Shown here: in pieces, positions 42,051-52,477 of the stretch | Position numbering within the stretch: position 1 is the first letter of the stretch | Layout: every line of letters starts with the position of its first letter | Assembly: GCA_963808625.1 (NCBI GenBank) | Contig: CAWEHK010000042.1 | Location: forward strand, 1-64,000 | Source of the DNA: an uncultured delta proteobacterium | Lineage (GTDB): Bacteria; Desulfobacterota; Syntrophobacteria; Syntrophobacterales; Syntrophobacteraceae | Reading direction: 5' to 3' | Length of the DNA: 64,000 nucleotides | The notes under the pieces: generated by a model | Databases searched by the model: none | The model's input: the letters and a program-made list of their open reading frames with translations, nothing else | What the model was told of the DNA's origin: nothing | Position numbers and translations under genes: made by a program

Positions 42051-43493
42051 ATGGCGGCACTTGAACTAAGGCAGCAACTGAAACTAAGCCAGCAACTGAT
42101 CATGACCCCGCAGTTGCAGCAGGCGATCAAACTTCTGCAGCTTTCTCGGATGGAACTCCTGGAAACCATTCACGAGGAACTGGAGATCAATCCGATGCTC
42201 GAGGAAATGCAGGAAGAGAGTGGGGACAACGAGAAGGGGGTCGAGGAAGCGGGAGAACCGAAGGAGGAGTTCAAGGAAATCCAGGTCCTGGAAAGCATGA
42301 GGCAGGACTTCGATTGGGAATCGTATCTCGACGAATACAATACGGGCACGCCGGTCCTTTTCGAAACGGATCCCAATCGGGAAGCACCCTCTTACGATCA
42401 TCGGCTTACCCTTCCCGATACGTTGCAGGAACATCTGTTCTGGCAACTGCGGCTTTCCGATATGAGCGAACGCGACAAAGAACTCGGCATGTTCATCCTT
42501 GGCAATCTGAACGGTGACGGCTATCTCGATGCTTCCCTGGAAGAGATTGCGACGATGGCGGAGGTCACTCCGAAAGAAGTGGAGGGAGTCCTCGTCAGGA
42601 TCCAACTCTTCGATCCGGTCGGGGTCGGTGCTCGCAATCTGCAGGAATGCCTTTTGGTGCAAGCGAAAAATCTGGATCTCGACGATGACCTGGCGGTCTC
42701 GATTATCGAGCATCATTTGCATTATCTGGAAAACAAGAATTTCCAGGGATTGGTGCGAACGCTCAAGAGAACTCCGGAGGAGGTCAAGCGTGCGGTTGAT
42801 CTTATTTTGAGCCTGAACCCTCGTCCGGGAAGCGCTTTCAGTGAAGAATCGGTAAACTACATCAGCCCGGATATTTATGTTCTTAAGGTGGACAATGAGT
42901 TCATCATCCTCCTGAACGAAGACGGCATGCCGAAGCTGCGCGTGAGTTCCTACTACAAGGAGGCGCTCAGTCATAATGCGGTCATTTCCACGGATGCCAA
43001 GGACTTCATTCATAACAAGCTGAGATCGGCAGCCTGGTTGATCAAGAGCATTCATCAGCGGCAGCGGACTTTGTACAAGGTCGGGCAGAGCATCGTCAAA
43101 TTGCAGCGGGAGTTTTTCGAAAAGGGTGTGGCCTTTCTTCGGCCCATGGTGTTGAGGGACATCGCCGAGGACGTGGGAATGCATGAGTCTACCATAAGCC
43201 GCGTCACCTCAAACAAGTACATGGATACCCCGCACGGGATTTTTGAGTTGAAATATTTCTTTAACAGTTCCATAAATAGCTTTTTAGGTGAAGCGGTGGC
43301 TTCGGAAAGTGTCAAAGAACGGATCAGGCAACTCATCAAGGGAGAAGATTCGTCAAAACCTTACAGCGATCAGGAAATCGTTGACATCCTGGAAGGCGAA
43401 AACATCAGGATCGCCAGGCGGACCGTCGCAAAATATCGAGAAATGTTAAGCATCTTACCTTCAAGCAAGCGTAAGAAGTCTGCCTGGGGTTGA
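42051..43493 (+). CDS. rpoN: RNA polymerase sigma-54 factor
   Basis: MTPQLQQAIKLLQ, HESTISR and RpoN box ARRTVAKYR. Confidence 0.98.
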   Translation: MAALELRQQLKLSQQLIMTPQLQQAIKLLQLSRMELLETIHEELEINPMLEEMQEESGDNEKGVEEAGEPKEEFKEIQVLESMRQDFDWESYLDEYNTGTPVLFETDPNREAPSYDHRLTLPDTLQEHLFWQLRLSDMSERDKELGMFILGNLNGDGYLDASLEEIATMAEVTPKEVEGVLVRIQLFDPVGVGARNLQECLLVQAKNLDLDDDLAVSIIEHHLHYLENKNFQGLVRTLKRTPEEVKRAVDLILSLNPRPGSAFSEESVNYISPDIYVLKVDNEFIILLNEDGMPKLRVSSYYKEALSHNAVISTDAKDFIHNKLRSAAWLIKSIHQRQRTLYKVGQSIVKLQREFFEKGVAFLRPMVLRDIAEDVGMHESTISRVTSNKYMDTPHGIFELKYFFNSSINSFLGEAVASESVKERIRQLIKGEDSSKPYSDQEIVDILEGENIRIARRTVAKYREMLSILPSSKRKKSAWG

Positions 43494-43578
43494 ACCAAAC
43501 AGCTCCTCAGATCGTTGCTGTAGAGAGAGCAGTCACAGTTCCCGGGGTTTTTTAATCATCTCATGGAGGACGGCAAGA

Positions 43579-44121
43579 ATGCAAATTAACGTGACATTTC
43601 GTCAGATCGAGCCCTCTTTGGCGCTCCGATCTTACGCCGAAGAGAAGATTTCTCGCATCAAGAAGTACCTCGAAGAGCCAATCGAAGCCCACGTAGTGCT
43701 GAAAATTGAGAAATTTCGGCATATTGCAGAGGTGTTGATTGTTGCCAACGGCATGCGCATCAACGGTAAGGAAGAAACCGATGACATGTATTCGGCCATT
43801 GATGTGGTCGCGGACACCATCGAAGGCCAGGTAAGAAAGGGCAAGGATAAATCTCGCCGCAGAAAGCCCGTAAATACCGGGAAAGACCTCACCGCACCGG
43901 TAGACATCTCCCCCGTGGAGACCGGCGACGAGGAGAAAGAGTCGCGCATCATCAGGGCGGAGCAGGTTTATGCCAAACCCATGGACCTGGATGAAGCGGT
44001 GATGCAATTGAATCTTTCCAACGGTGAGTTCATGGTTTTCACCAACCGTATCACGAATCGCATAAACGTGCTCTACCATCGAAAAGATGGCCACTACGGG
44101 CTCATCGAAACCGTCTCCTGA
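43579..44121 (+). CDS. hpf: Ribosome hibernation promoting factor (long HPF)
   Basis: DMYSAID, KPMDLDEAVMQL and YHRKDGHYGLIE. Confidence 0.95.
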   Translation: MQINVTFRQIEPSLALRSYAEEKISRIKKYLEEPIEAHVVLKIEKFRHIAEVLIVANGMRINGKEETDDMYSAIDVVADTIEGQVRKGKDKSRRRKPVNTGKDLTAPVDISPVETGDEEKESRIIRAEQVYAKPMDLDEAVMQLNLSNGEFMVFTNRITNRINVLYHRKDGHYGLIETVS

Positions 44122-44205
44122 CGGAATCCTGCAACCTTTGAAGCACTTTTTGAAAGAGGTCGATGAGGGTGTGACGCTTACAAAGCGTGGAGCGAGCATG
44201 GGGAG

Positions 44206-44670
44206 TTGATGAAGTTACTGGAGATCCTGCCCAGGAAGTCGATTATTCCCGACCTTAAGGGCAGAACGAAAAAACAGGTGCTTGAAGAACTGATTGACGC
44301 CCTGCTCCGCGAGAAACCCGAGTTGGACCGGGAGCGTCTCATGGCAGTGCTTCTCGAACGAGAACGTCTGGGAAGCACTGGCATTGGAGACGGGATTGCC
44401 ATTCCTCACGGGAAACTGAAAGACCTCAATCAACTCATATTGGCCTTTGGGAAATCCACCGCCGGCGTGGATTTCGAATCAATGGACGGCAAACCGGTGC
44501 ATCTTTTTTTCCTCCTGGTAGCTCCGGAAAACTGCACCGGAATACATCTGAGGGCCCTCGCCAGGATCGCCAGGTTGCTCAAAAACGCTCCCGTCCGCAA
44601 ACGGTTGGCGAGTGTCAGCACGCAAGACGAGATTTATGCCGTGATCCAACAGGAAGATGATGATTTCTAA
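44206..44670 (+). CDS. ptsN: PTS EIIA-Ntr
   Basis: RERLGSTGIGDGIAIPHG; rpoN operon context. Confidence 0.92.
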   Translation: MMKLLEILPRKSIIPDLKGRTKKQVLEELIDALLREKPELDRERLMAVLLERERLGSTGIGDGIAIPHGKLKDLNQLILAFGKSTAGVDFESMDGKPVHLFFLLVAPENCTGIHLRALARIARLLKNAPVRKRLASVSTQDEIYAVIQQEDDDF

Positions 44671-44854
44671 TGTTCAGGGCGCTTCCCGAATCAATAAGCG
44701 GGGATTCGAAGCCTGACTGCCATCCTTAGCTCCGGGGGCTCAGCTCCTGCTGCAGCGCAAGAGTCATCCCAATGTTCGCCTTCCCCTTCCTCCCTTCCTC
44801 TTTGCGTGGCATTATCCCCGGCTCCGGAATGGCCATTTTTTAGGGACCTGTTCT

Positions 44855-45730
44855 ATGAACCAGCGAAAAGTCCATGTTGTCGTGGTCACAGGCCTGTCAG
44901 GCTCAGGGAAAAGTACGGCCATCAAAGCCTTCGAGGACCTCAACTACTTTTGTATTGACAACTTGCCGGTGCCCTTGCTTCCTGCCTTTCTCGATCTTTG
45001 TGAAAGAGATATGCCCGACATTTCCCGCATCGCTCTCGGCATCGATATTCGGGAGCGGAAGTTCCTCAAAGACTATGACCGGATTTTCCGATCACTCGAG
45101 GATTCCGGGTACCAGTTCGAAATCATCTTTCTGGAAGCCGCCACCGAGGTCCTGCAGCGGCGTTACAGTCAGACACGGCGCCTCCATCCGATGACCTCCC
45201 CGGATACGTTGCTTCTCGAAGCCATTCGTCACGAACGTGAACAACTCCAGGCACTGCGCAGCCGAGCCACGAAAATTGTGGATACGGGCGACCTCTCCGT
45301 TCACCAGCTCAAAGCACTGTTCACCCGGTCCTACTCGATGATTTACGAGGGCGAGTTGTTGAGCATTCAAACCCTCTCCTTCGGATTCAAATACGGGCTC
45401 CCCTTTGAGGCCGACCTGGTGATGGATGTGCGGTTCCTTCCCAATCCTTATTTCGTCGAGGAATTGAAAGACCTGGACGGGTGTTCTTCGGAAGTCCGCT
45501 CATGGGTGCTCCAGTCGCCGGCGGCTCGAGAATTCATAAATGCCTATTCCCATCTCGTCTTGCGGCTGATTCCCTGGTATATTGAGGAAGGGAAACGTTA
45601 TCTGACGATCGCTTTCGGCTGTACCGGCGGGAAACATCGTTCCGTGGTCCTGGCCAACCAAATCGCTGAGAATTTGCGTGAACATCACTATTTCACCAGC
45701 GTTTTCCATCGCGATATCCATCTGGAGTGA
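44855..45730 (+). CDS. rapZ: RNase adapter RapZ family protein
   Basis: TGLSGSGKS, DNLP, SFGFKYG, DVRFLPNP and GCTGGKHRSV. Confidence 0.96.
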   Translation: MNQRKVHVVVVTGLSGSGKSTAIKAFEDLNYFCIDNLPVPLLPAFLDLCERDMPDISRIALGIDIRERKFLKDYDRIFRSLEDSGYQFEIIFLEAATEVLQRRYSQTRRLHPMTSPDTLLLEAIRHEREQLQALRSRATKIVDTGDLSVHQLKALFTRSYSMIYEGELLSIQTLSFGFKYGLPFEADLVMDVRFLPNPYFVEELKDLDGCSSEVRSWVLQSPAAREFINAYSHLVLRLIPWYIEEGKRYLTIAFGCTGGKHRSVVLANQIAENLREHHYFTSVFHRDIHLE

Positions 45731-45739
45731 GAAGTCCGA

Positions 45740-46174
45740 ATGACCAAAACGGATCAGAAAGAACTCATTGGCGTCGTCGCTGTCTCTCACTGTCGCGTCG
45801 CTGAAGAAATGCTTCGCGCTGCGGAACTGATCACCGGTCCGCTGGAGGCCTGCAGGGCCCTGTGTCTCCAGACCGACCAACCGGTTGAAGAAATGGTGAG
45901 AAGATTGCGAGACGCGATCAAAGAGGTAGACCAGGGAAGAGGGGTTTTGATTTTGACCGACCTTTTCGGAGGGACGCCGGCGAATATCAGTCTTTCCTTT
46001 CTCGGACCAAAAGTTGAAGTGGTTTGCGGCATGAATCTTCCCATGCTGATCAAGCTCGCCGGTTGCCGGAAAGGTTATCCTTTGGACGAGGTGGCTTCTC
46101 AGGTGAAAGAATATGGTCAACGCCATATCTCCAGGGCGAGTGAGGTGCTGACTCATTCCGGAAAGGCATCATAA
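45740..46174 (+). CDS. PTS EIIA mannose/fructose-type component
   Basis: VSH, LTDLFGGTPAN and GMNLPMLI. Confidence 0.92.
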   Translation: MTKTDQKELIGVVAVSHCRVAEEMLRAAELITGPLEACRALCLQTDQPVEEMVRRLRDAIKEVDQGRGVLILTDLFGGTPANISLSFLGPKVEVVCGMNLPMLIKLAGCRKGYPLDEVASQVKEYGQRHISRASEVLTHSGKAS

Positions 46175-46203
46175 GAGAAGATGGTTTGCGAGCAGTGGAT
46201 TTG

Positions 46204-46695
46204 ATGGCCGAAAGAAGGGACGCCGTCGGTGCGCTCCGCATCACGGAGTTGCTCTCATCGGATATCCCTGATGTGACGGCTATCGAGCAGTACAGCAACC
46301 CGGAACCTTGGACTCGGGAGTCATTCCTGGAGGAGCTGCTTCGACCGCATTCCCACTTGCTGGTCGCGCGCGTCCCGGCGGTATCCGGCGAGATGGTCGC
46401 CGGATACCTGTGCTTCTGGCTGGTGGCCGACGAGGTCCAGATACTCAATATCGCCGTGCATCGGGCATACCGGAGGCAAGGCATCGGCAGAGCTTTATTG
46501 GTTCATTGTCTGCATTGCGGTTCCGGGAAAAAGACCCGCAAGGCGGTCCTCGAAGTGCGTTCGAGCAATGTGGTTGCTCAGCACCTCTACCGGAGTCTTG
46601 GCTTCCAGGTGGTGGGACAACGGCGGGACTACTATGAGGGGGTGGGGGAACATGCCGTACTCATGGAACTGAGCATGGCGGAGCAACGGATTTAG
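46204..46695 (+). CDS. rimI: Ribosomal protein S18 acetyltransferase (GNAT)
   Basis: ILNIAVH..YRRQGIG, LEVRSSN..AQHLY and RRDYY. Confidence 0.9.
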   Translation: MAERRDAVGALRITELLSSDIPDVTAIEQYSNPEPWTRESFLEELLRPHSHLLVARVPAVSGEMVAGYLCFWLVADEVQILNIAVHRAYRRQGIGRALLVHCLHCGSGKKTRKAVLEVRSSNVVAQHLYRSLGFQVVGQRRDYYEGVGEHAVLMELSMAEQRI

Positions 46696-46708
46696 CGCGG
46701 GAGAAACG

Positions 46709-49700
46709 GTGGAGCGAATGTCATCAGTCCGTTTTGACGGAGAGGTCGTAAGGGTAAGGCAGGATGATCCAATGGCCGAGTTGGGTAACTCTGATTTGAT
46801 CAAATCAGACGCACTCAAGAAGAACCTCGACCTGACCAATGTTGAGGTCCTCATTCCGGAGTCTTTTGAAGTCCTGGAAGAAGCAGTTAGAGGGTATGCC
46901 GGAAAGGAACAACAGGCACGGGAACTCCTCACAGAGTACCATCATCGCTATCGAAACTGGGAGTTCGTAGTGCAGGAGACCTGGCGCTACGCAACTTCCA
47001 ATCTGCGTCTCTATTGTCGTCATGCCCTGGGCGGCAGAGTCATTTATCTGCTTTCCCAAATCTTTTACGAGGCCTTAAGGAGATCCGAGCGCTCTCAAGT
47101 CCGCAGCCTTGCGGTGGACCACCTCATCGGTTTCTGGTTCAAACTGGTCGAGACGATACCGGAAGAAATCGCCCGCCCGCTCCCGGAAGGCGTCTCGATA
47201 AGGAGTATCGAGCAGTCAGGAAGGACGATCTCCCTTCTTCATGAAGGCCTATTGCGCTACTCCTTCCTGCAACTGAGCGAACTTCCTGAAGCGCCTTTTG
47301 AGAGCCTCATGCGGTGTTACTACCAAGCGAAGCGACTGGCCGCAAAGCTTCTTAATCTCTGGCCCGACCCCCTGTCCTTTGGAGAACTTCGGGCGCTCCT
47401 GGAGAGGCTCCAAAAGGAGACCTACCAGTTCTGGCTGCTCAAGGATGACCCCTGCGCATGGGCCGCGCAACAGGAAGGCATCCTTGCTTCCACCCGGCCC
47501 TGGTCGAACGTTTGCTATCCGCTGAGCCATGAACACTATCAATCGTATCTGAGGACCGTGGAAACGGATGTCGAAACGGAAGCGGACCACCGTAAAGCCG
47601 TCTCAAAGCTGACGGAATTACCCGATTTCAGCGACATCGTGCGGCTCTATTTCAAGCTTCCTGAAGAACTGAAGGCTTACGATGACCCTGCCCATCCCGC
47701 TCACCTGAGCACCTTGATGCGCTTGAAAATCATGGAAACGAGAGGCCTTGAGGCGATTCACGAAGAAACGCTGCGGGAAATCAACTTCGAGATCGGCAAA
47801 TGGATCCACGAAGAATCCATCGAGAGTCTGGAAAGTTTTCTCGAGCGCATTTTCGACGTGCTCGGGGGATGCCTGCAGAATTATCCCGAAGCGGCGCTGC
47901 AAATCCTGAGAACGATTGGTCTTGAAGTAGTCCAGACCGAGGACAAGGCCCTCATCGCCTTCTTTCTCAGAGGTATGATCCGCTTGGGGTTCCAGACGCC
48001 GCAGTTGGGAAGCGTCAGCCAGCATTGGCAGATCGAAATGAACCCCGCCCATCTGCCAAATGTTCGCACCTGGCTCGATATCGTCGCCAAGAACCCTCTA
48101 CGAACCAAGCCCTTGCTCTCTGCCTTGATTGTCAACCTGGCCCTGGGGGGCATCTACATCCGCGATACCGACTTATTCCAAAGGGACGTCAGCCACCTGC
48201 TCCATGCCCCGATCCGCCCTTCCTACAATCTAGTGAAGCAACTGGCCAAGCTTTTTCCTATCTATTTCAACCAGATTGGGGCGGAAGGTCAGCTGCGCAT
48301 GGTCTCTACCGATGTGGACGAACTGACGGGAAGAGATGATCGGCTGGTCCATTTTCTTCGAAAACAGAGCCATGTGGAAAGCAATAATGTAATCGTCTCC
48401 TTCATCGAAGCGCTCATTGAATTCTGGCGGAACCTCGACAAGGGCCGACTTGAAAACCTGGTGCCGGCCGAAGTCTTCGAGGAAATTTCCGATCACGGTC
48501 CGCTGGTTGACGAGATGCATCGCATTTTCACAACCATTTTTGACTCCCAAACCATCCACCACACGGAAGATCTTCTGGACCTGCCGGAATCGGAAATCCA
48601 TCGCCTCATCCAGGATATTCCCGACGTTTCTGAGCGCGAACGCCAGCGGGCCTTTCTCATGATCCAGTTCTATCAGTTGGTCCATGAAAAGTATGCGCTG
48701 AGCTTCAAAGACATTCAGGCCCACCTGCAACGGGCGGCGACCCTGGGGCTGCCCGATCCGGCGGCGTTGATCGAGGGACTCAGCAGCGACGATGCCTACA
48801 AAAAGCTGGGGGCGATCTTAGACTATCTGCTGGCCCTGAAAGAGGTCATTCTCACTCCTTGTGACTTACAGGTCCTTGAAAACATTTACTACAAGCGCCA
48901 CATCGCCGTGGATATTCCTTCCATGTACGGTTCCTACAATGAACGCAAGTTCGATGCCCTCGGTTTGACGTTCCGCCTGGAAAATCTTGCCAATGTGCTG
49001 TTTGAAGAAATCATCTATTCCTTCAACCTGACGTTTATCACCCGCGCAACCTTTTTCCGAATTGCCAAGTTCCTCCCGCTCTTTATCAAAGCGCTTGAAA
49101 TTGACGGCATCAGTTCCTATCGTCTGGGCCGTCAGGAGGAATTGTTTTACAAGGCCCTGCAAATTCGCCGCTTCTCCCACTCCCAGTATATGGATATTTT
49201 CCGGGGTTTTGCCGAAGCCATAAAACAGATCATTCAGACCCACTACTACACCCTGCACCAGGACAATCTGGAAGTCATCATTCGCAGCCTGGGTCAGGAA
49301 AAGCTGCTGCCAAGGTATCGCCGTGGATCCGACAGGGAGTCCGTGTCGCAGGGGAATCATCGGGTTTCGGAAAGTTTCCTGCGCGAGCTTATTGCCACGA
49401 CTTTTGGATTACAGTACTTCGACCACTTGATCGCCAGTATCCTGACCACCCTGGCCACCCAAAAAGAAAAACTGACGGTTGAAAATTTGGACTTGTTGCT
49501 CAGCTACGACCCCGAGAAGGCCATTTCGCCCATCCATGAGCCCAATGCGATGACTAATGATCTGATCCACCTTGGCAACAAGGCCTATACCCTGGCCAAG
49601 TTGGACTCGATAGGCATTAAGGCGCCCCCTGCCTTCGTGATTACCACCGAGTATTTCAGGTGCCAGAATGTCGTCGGCCGTGAAGGGTTTTCTCATGTTC

Positions 49701-51052
49701 GGGCGGACTTTGAAGAGCGCGTGATGGAGCACATCAATAAGTTGGAGGAGGCAACCGGACGCCGCTTTGGATGTCCCGAGACACCCCTCCTGCTGTCCGC
49801 GCGCAGTGGTTCCGCCATCTCCATGCCGGGGATGATGAACACGTTCCTGAACGTCGGCATTAATGAGGCCATCGTCGAGGGGCTCATCAAAGAAACGGGA
49901 GAAGCCTGGTTTGCATGGGACAACTACCGGCGGTTCATCCAGTCCTGGGCCATGTCTTTCGGGATGCAGAGAGACGACTTTGACGCCCTGATGATTGTCT
50001 ACAAGAAGAAGTACGGCCGGAAGGTTAAGCGCCAATTTCTTCCCGAAGAGATTCGCGAGCTGGCGCTGGCCTACAAGGAGGCTGCCAGCAAAGATCATAA
50101 CATCAGGATTGCTGACGATCCGAGGGAACAGCTCTTCACCGCCATCGATCAGGTGACCGACTCATGGGTCTCGCCGAAAGCCAAGACTTACCGGGAGATC
50201 ATGGGGATTTCTGAGAATTGGGGCACCGCGGTGACCATTCAGGCAATGGTTTTTGGAAACCTGGATACCCAGTCAGGGGCCGGCGTGATGTTTACTCACG
50301 ACCCCTGGAAATCGGAAGACCAGGTTGATCCGGTAGGGGACTTCACTTTAGGTAACCAGGGAGAAGACATCGTCGGTGGTCTGGTGGAACGGTTGGCTCT
50401 TTCCGAAAAGCAGCGACTGGGCGAAGGCGAGCGCAAAGAGTATTCTCTCGAAAGTCTCTTCCCCAAGGTTTACCAGCGGCTCGTCGACATTGCCAAAGAT
50501 CTTGTTTACGGGCATAACTGGGCACCGCAAGAGATCGAATTTACCTTTCAGGGTAACAGGGAAGACGGCCTTTACGTGCTGCAGTCAAGGAATATGACGG
50601 CCCGCATCAAGCGTCACTATCCCGTCTTCAAACCCTCCGATGAACTCACTGCAAACTATCTTGGCAGCGGTATCGGGGTAAGTGGTGGCGCCTTGTGCGG
50701 AGTGGTGGCATTCGACCTGGAAAGCATTGAACATTTGAGAGAAGAACGGACGCCCCGCCCGATTATCCTGATTCGAGCGGATACCGTGCCGGATGATATC
50801 CGGGAAATCTCGATTGCCGACGGCATTTTGACCGGCAAAGGCGGAGCGACGTCCCATGCGGCTATTGTTGCGCACCGACTGGGGAAGATCTGTGTCGTCG
50901 GTTTCAGCAAGATGCGTGTTTGGCAAAGAGACAGAAAGTGCACCATCGACGGGCGAATTATCAGGACAGGTGAGGTCATTGGCATTGACGGTCGCAGCGG
51001 CGCTGTTTATGTTGGCTGTCACGACACGGAAGAGATCGATGTCGTGGTTTAG
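46709..51052 (+). CDS. Large PPDK-related protein: long unknown N-terminus, nucleotide-binding domain and phospho-His domain
   Basis: LGNKA, LLSARSGSAISMPGMMNTFLNVG, GTAVTIQAMVFGN, QGEDIVGG, EIEFT and GGATSHAAIVA. The protein ends after the His domain. Confidence 0.9.
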   Translation: MERMSSVRFDGEVVRVRQDDPMAELGNSDLIKSDALKKNLDLTNVEVLIPESFEVLEEAVRGYAGKEQQARELLTEYHHRYRNWEFVVQETWRYATSNLRLYCRHALGGRVIYLLSQIFYEALRRSERSQVRSLAVDHLIGFWFKLVETIPEEIARPLPEGVSIRSIEQSGRTISLLHEGLLRYSFLQLSELPEAPFESLMRCYYQAKRLAAKLLNLWPDPLSFGELRALLERLQKETYQFWLLKDDPCAWAAQQEGILASTRPWSNVCYPLSHEHYQSYLRTVETDVETEADHRKAVSKLTELPDFSDIVRLYFKLPEELKAYDDPAHPAHLSTLMRLKIMETRGLEAIHEETLREINFEIGKWIHEESIESLESFLERIFDVLGGCLQNYPEAALQILRTIGLEVVQTEDKALIAFFLRGMIRLGFQTPQLGSVSQHWQIEMNPAHLPNVRTWLDIVAKNPLRTKPLLSALIVNLALGGIYIRDTDLFQRDVSHLLHAPIRPSYNLVKQLAKLFPIYFNQIGAEGQLRMVSTDVDELTGRDDRLVHFLRKQSHVESNNVIVSFIEALIEFWRNLDKGRLENLVPAEVFEEISDHGPLVDEMHRIFTTIFDSQTIHHTEDLLDLPESEIHRLIQDIPDVSERERQRAFLMIQFYQLVHEKYALSFKDIQAHLQRAATLGLPDPAALIEGLSSDDAYKKLGAILDYLLALKEVILTPCDLQVLENIYYKRHIAVDIPSMYGSYNERKFDALGLTFRLENLANVLFEEIIYSFNLTFITRATFFRIAKFLPLFIKALEIDGISSYRLGRQEELFYKALQIRRFSHSQYMDIFRGFAEAIKQIIQTHYYTLHQDNLEVIIRSLGQEKLLPRYRRGSDRESVSQGNHRVSESFLRELIATTFGLQYFDHLIASILTTLATQKEKLTVENLDLLLSYDPEKAISPIHEPNAMTNDLIHLGNKAYTLAKLDSIGIKAPPAFVITTEYFRCQNVVGREGFSHVRADFEERVMEHINKLEEATGRRFGCPETPLLLSARSGSAISMPGMMNTFLNVGINEAIVEGLIKETGEAWFAWDNYRRFIQSWAMSFGMQRDDFDALMIVYKKKYGRKVKRQFLPEEIRELALAYKEAASKDHNIRIADDPREQLFTAIDQVTDSWVSPKAKTYREIMGISENWGTAVTIQAMVFGNLDTQSGAGVMFTHDPWKSEDQVDPVGDFTLGNQGEDIVGGLVERLALSEKQRLGEGERKEYSLESLFPKVYQRLVDIAKDLVYGHNWAPQEIEFTFQGNREDGLYVLQSRNMTARIKRHYPVFKPSDELTANYLGSGIGVSGGALCGVVAFDLESIEHLREERTPRPIILIRADTVPDDIREISIADGILTGKGGATSHAAIVAHRLGKICVVGFSKMRVWQRDRKCTIDGRIIRTGEVIGIDGRSGAVYVGCHDTEEIDVVV

Positions 51053-51078
51053 AAGGATGAGCTTTTAGGGGAGACGTT

Positions 51079-52338
51079 ATGGGTGAGCAAGAGATTATGG
51101 TGCCGAAGAAACTGGGGATTAACGGATTGGGGCGGATTGCAAAGCTCTCCATATGGCATCATGTTGAGCGGCGCTATTTTGCTGAGCTGTTCGTCAACAT
51201 TGGCCGGGAAGTCGGCACCAGTATTAACGATATCGCGCATTTCATCGAACGGGACTCGACTTATGGAGCGCTCCATAACTTCCTCTACGGATTCCGGGGC
51301 CAGAGAGTCATCGAAGAGCTGAACGAAAAAGACGGCAGCATGGTGATCAACGGCGTCAAGACCACCTTCCTGCGTCGTCACCGCAACCCAGTGGCCATTG
51401 GTTGGCGCGATCTCGGCGTGGAAGTGGTCGTGGATGCCACGGGCGCCTTTGTGGATCCCACGGCGCCGGCCGATGATCCGAAAGGCTCGGCGCGGGGACA
51501 TTTGGCTGCCGGGGCAAAGAAGGTAATTGTATCCGCCCCCTTCAAGATCAAAGACAAGAGCAAGGAGATTCCCCCCGACGCGATCACTACCGTCATGGGC
51601 ATCAATGACGCCGACTACGATCCCAAAAGGCACGTGATCCTCTCCAATGCCTCCTGCACCACCACCTGTCTCTCGTACATGGTGAAACCACTCCTGGATT
51701 ATTTTGGGGCCGATCGCATTCTTTCCGCCGCGATGACCACGGTGCACGCCGCCACCAGTTCCCAGCAGGTGCTCGACCATGCTCCAAAATCAGGCGCCAA
51801 CGATTTGCGAAAGACCAGGTCCGCCTTCAATAATATTATCCTTACCAGCACCGGCGCTGCCAAGGCCCTGGGCCTGGTGATCCCGGAAATGAAACGGATC
51901 GCGTTCATTGCTGAATCCGTGAGGGTGCCGGTGGCCAGCGGTTCGCTGATAATCCTGGCAGTGATGATCCAGGACGAGAGTCTTACCGCACCCATCAGTC
52001 ACGGGACGATCAACAGCATTTATAAACGGGCGGTTGACCACTACCCGGAGGGCTATCTGGTCTATTCGGATGAGCAGAATGTCTCGGCCGACATCGTCGG
52101 CAGGCCGCGAGCGGCGGCGGTCATTGAAGGCCATGAAAACCACACCCGCACGGCAGCCGTGCGCATTAATATGGACGTCGCCAGAAAAGCGGGAGTCGAC
52201 ATTTCCAGCGGGCAGGAGGGAAAGATCATTGAAGTCCCGATCACCCAAGCGGTGATCTATGCTTGGTATGATAACGAGCTGGCTAGCTATACAAACATGT
52301 TGGGCGATCGTACGGTCAGTGTCGCCCAACTGCTCTAG
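51079..52338 (+). CDS. Divergent GAPDH-family protein (419 aa)
   Basis: GINGLGRI, SNASCTTTCL, RVPV..GS and WYDNE. Confidence 0.88.
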   Translation: MGEQEIMVPKKLGINGLGRIAKLSIWHHVERRYFAELFVNIGREVGTSINDIAHFIERDSTYGALHNFLYGFRGQRVIEELNEKDGSMVINGVKTTFLRRHRNPVAIGWRDLGVEVVVDATGAFVDPTAPADDPKGSARGHLAAGAKKVIVSAPFKIKDKSKEIPPDAITTVMGINDADYDPKRHVILSNASCTTTCLSYMVKPLLDYFGADRILSAAMTTVHAATSSQQVLDHAPKSGANDLRKTRSAFNNIILTSTGAAKALGLVIPEMKRIAFIAESVRVPVASGSLIILAVMIQDESLTAPISHGTINSIYKRAVDHYPEGYLVYSDEQNVSADIVGRPRAAAVIEGHENHTRTAAVRINMDVARKAGVDISSGQEGKIIEVPITQAVIYAWYDNELASYTNMLGDRTVSVAQLL

Positions 52339-52477
52339 GAAATCGTTTCCAGGGCAAACAAGCAATCCTTTCGTGGGCCCGCCCGCAGATGGCGTCTCAG
52401 GGTATTGTTCCCAAAACGTCTGCCAGGGGGTGTCTCCACGGAGGATTGAAAGTTACCGCTAAAAGGAGAAAAGAATT

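Noticed and set aside
42084..43184. Long antisense ORFs (also 31772-32722, 52397-53779 and 54867-56006)
   Set aside because: Shadow frames of well-supported genes in GC-rich DNA, with no recognisable motifs.
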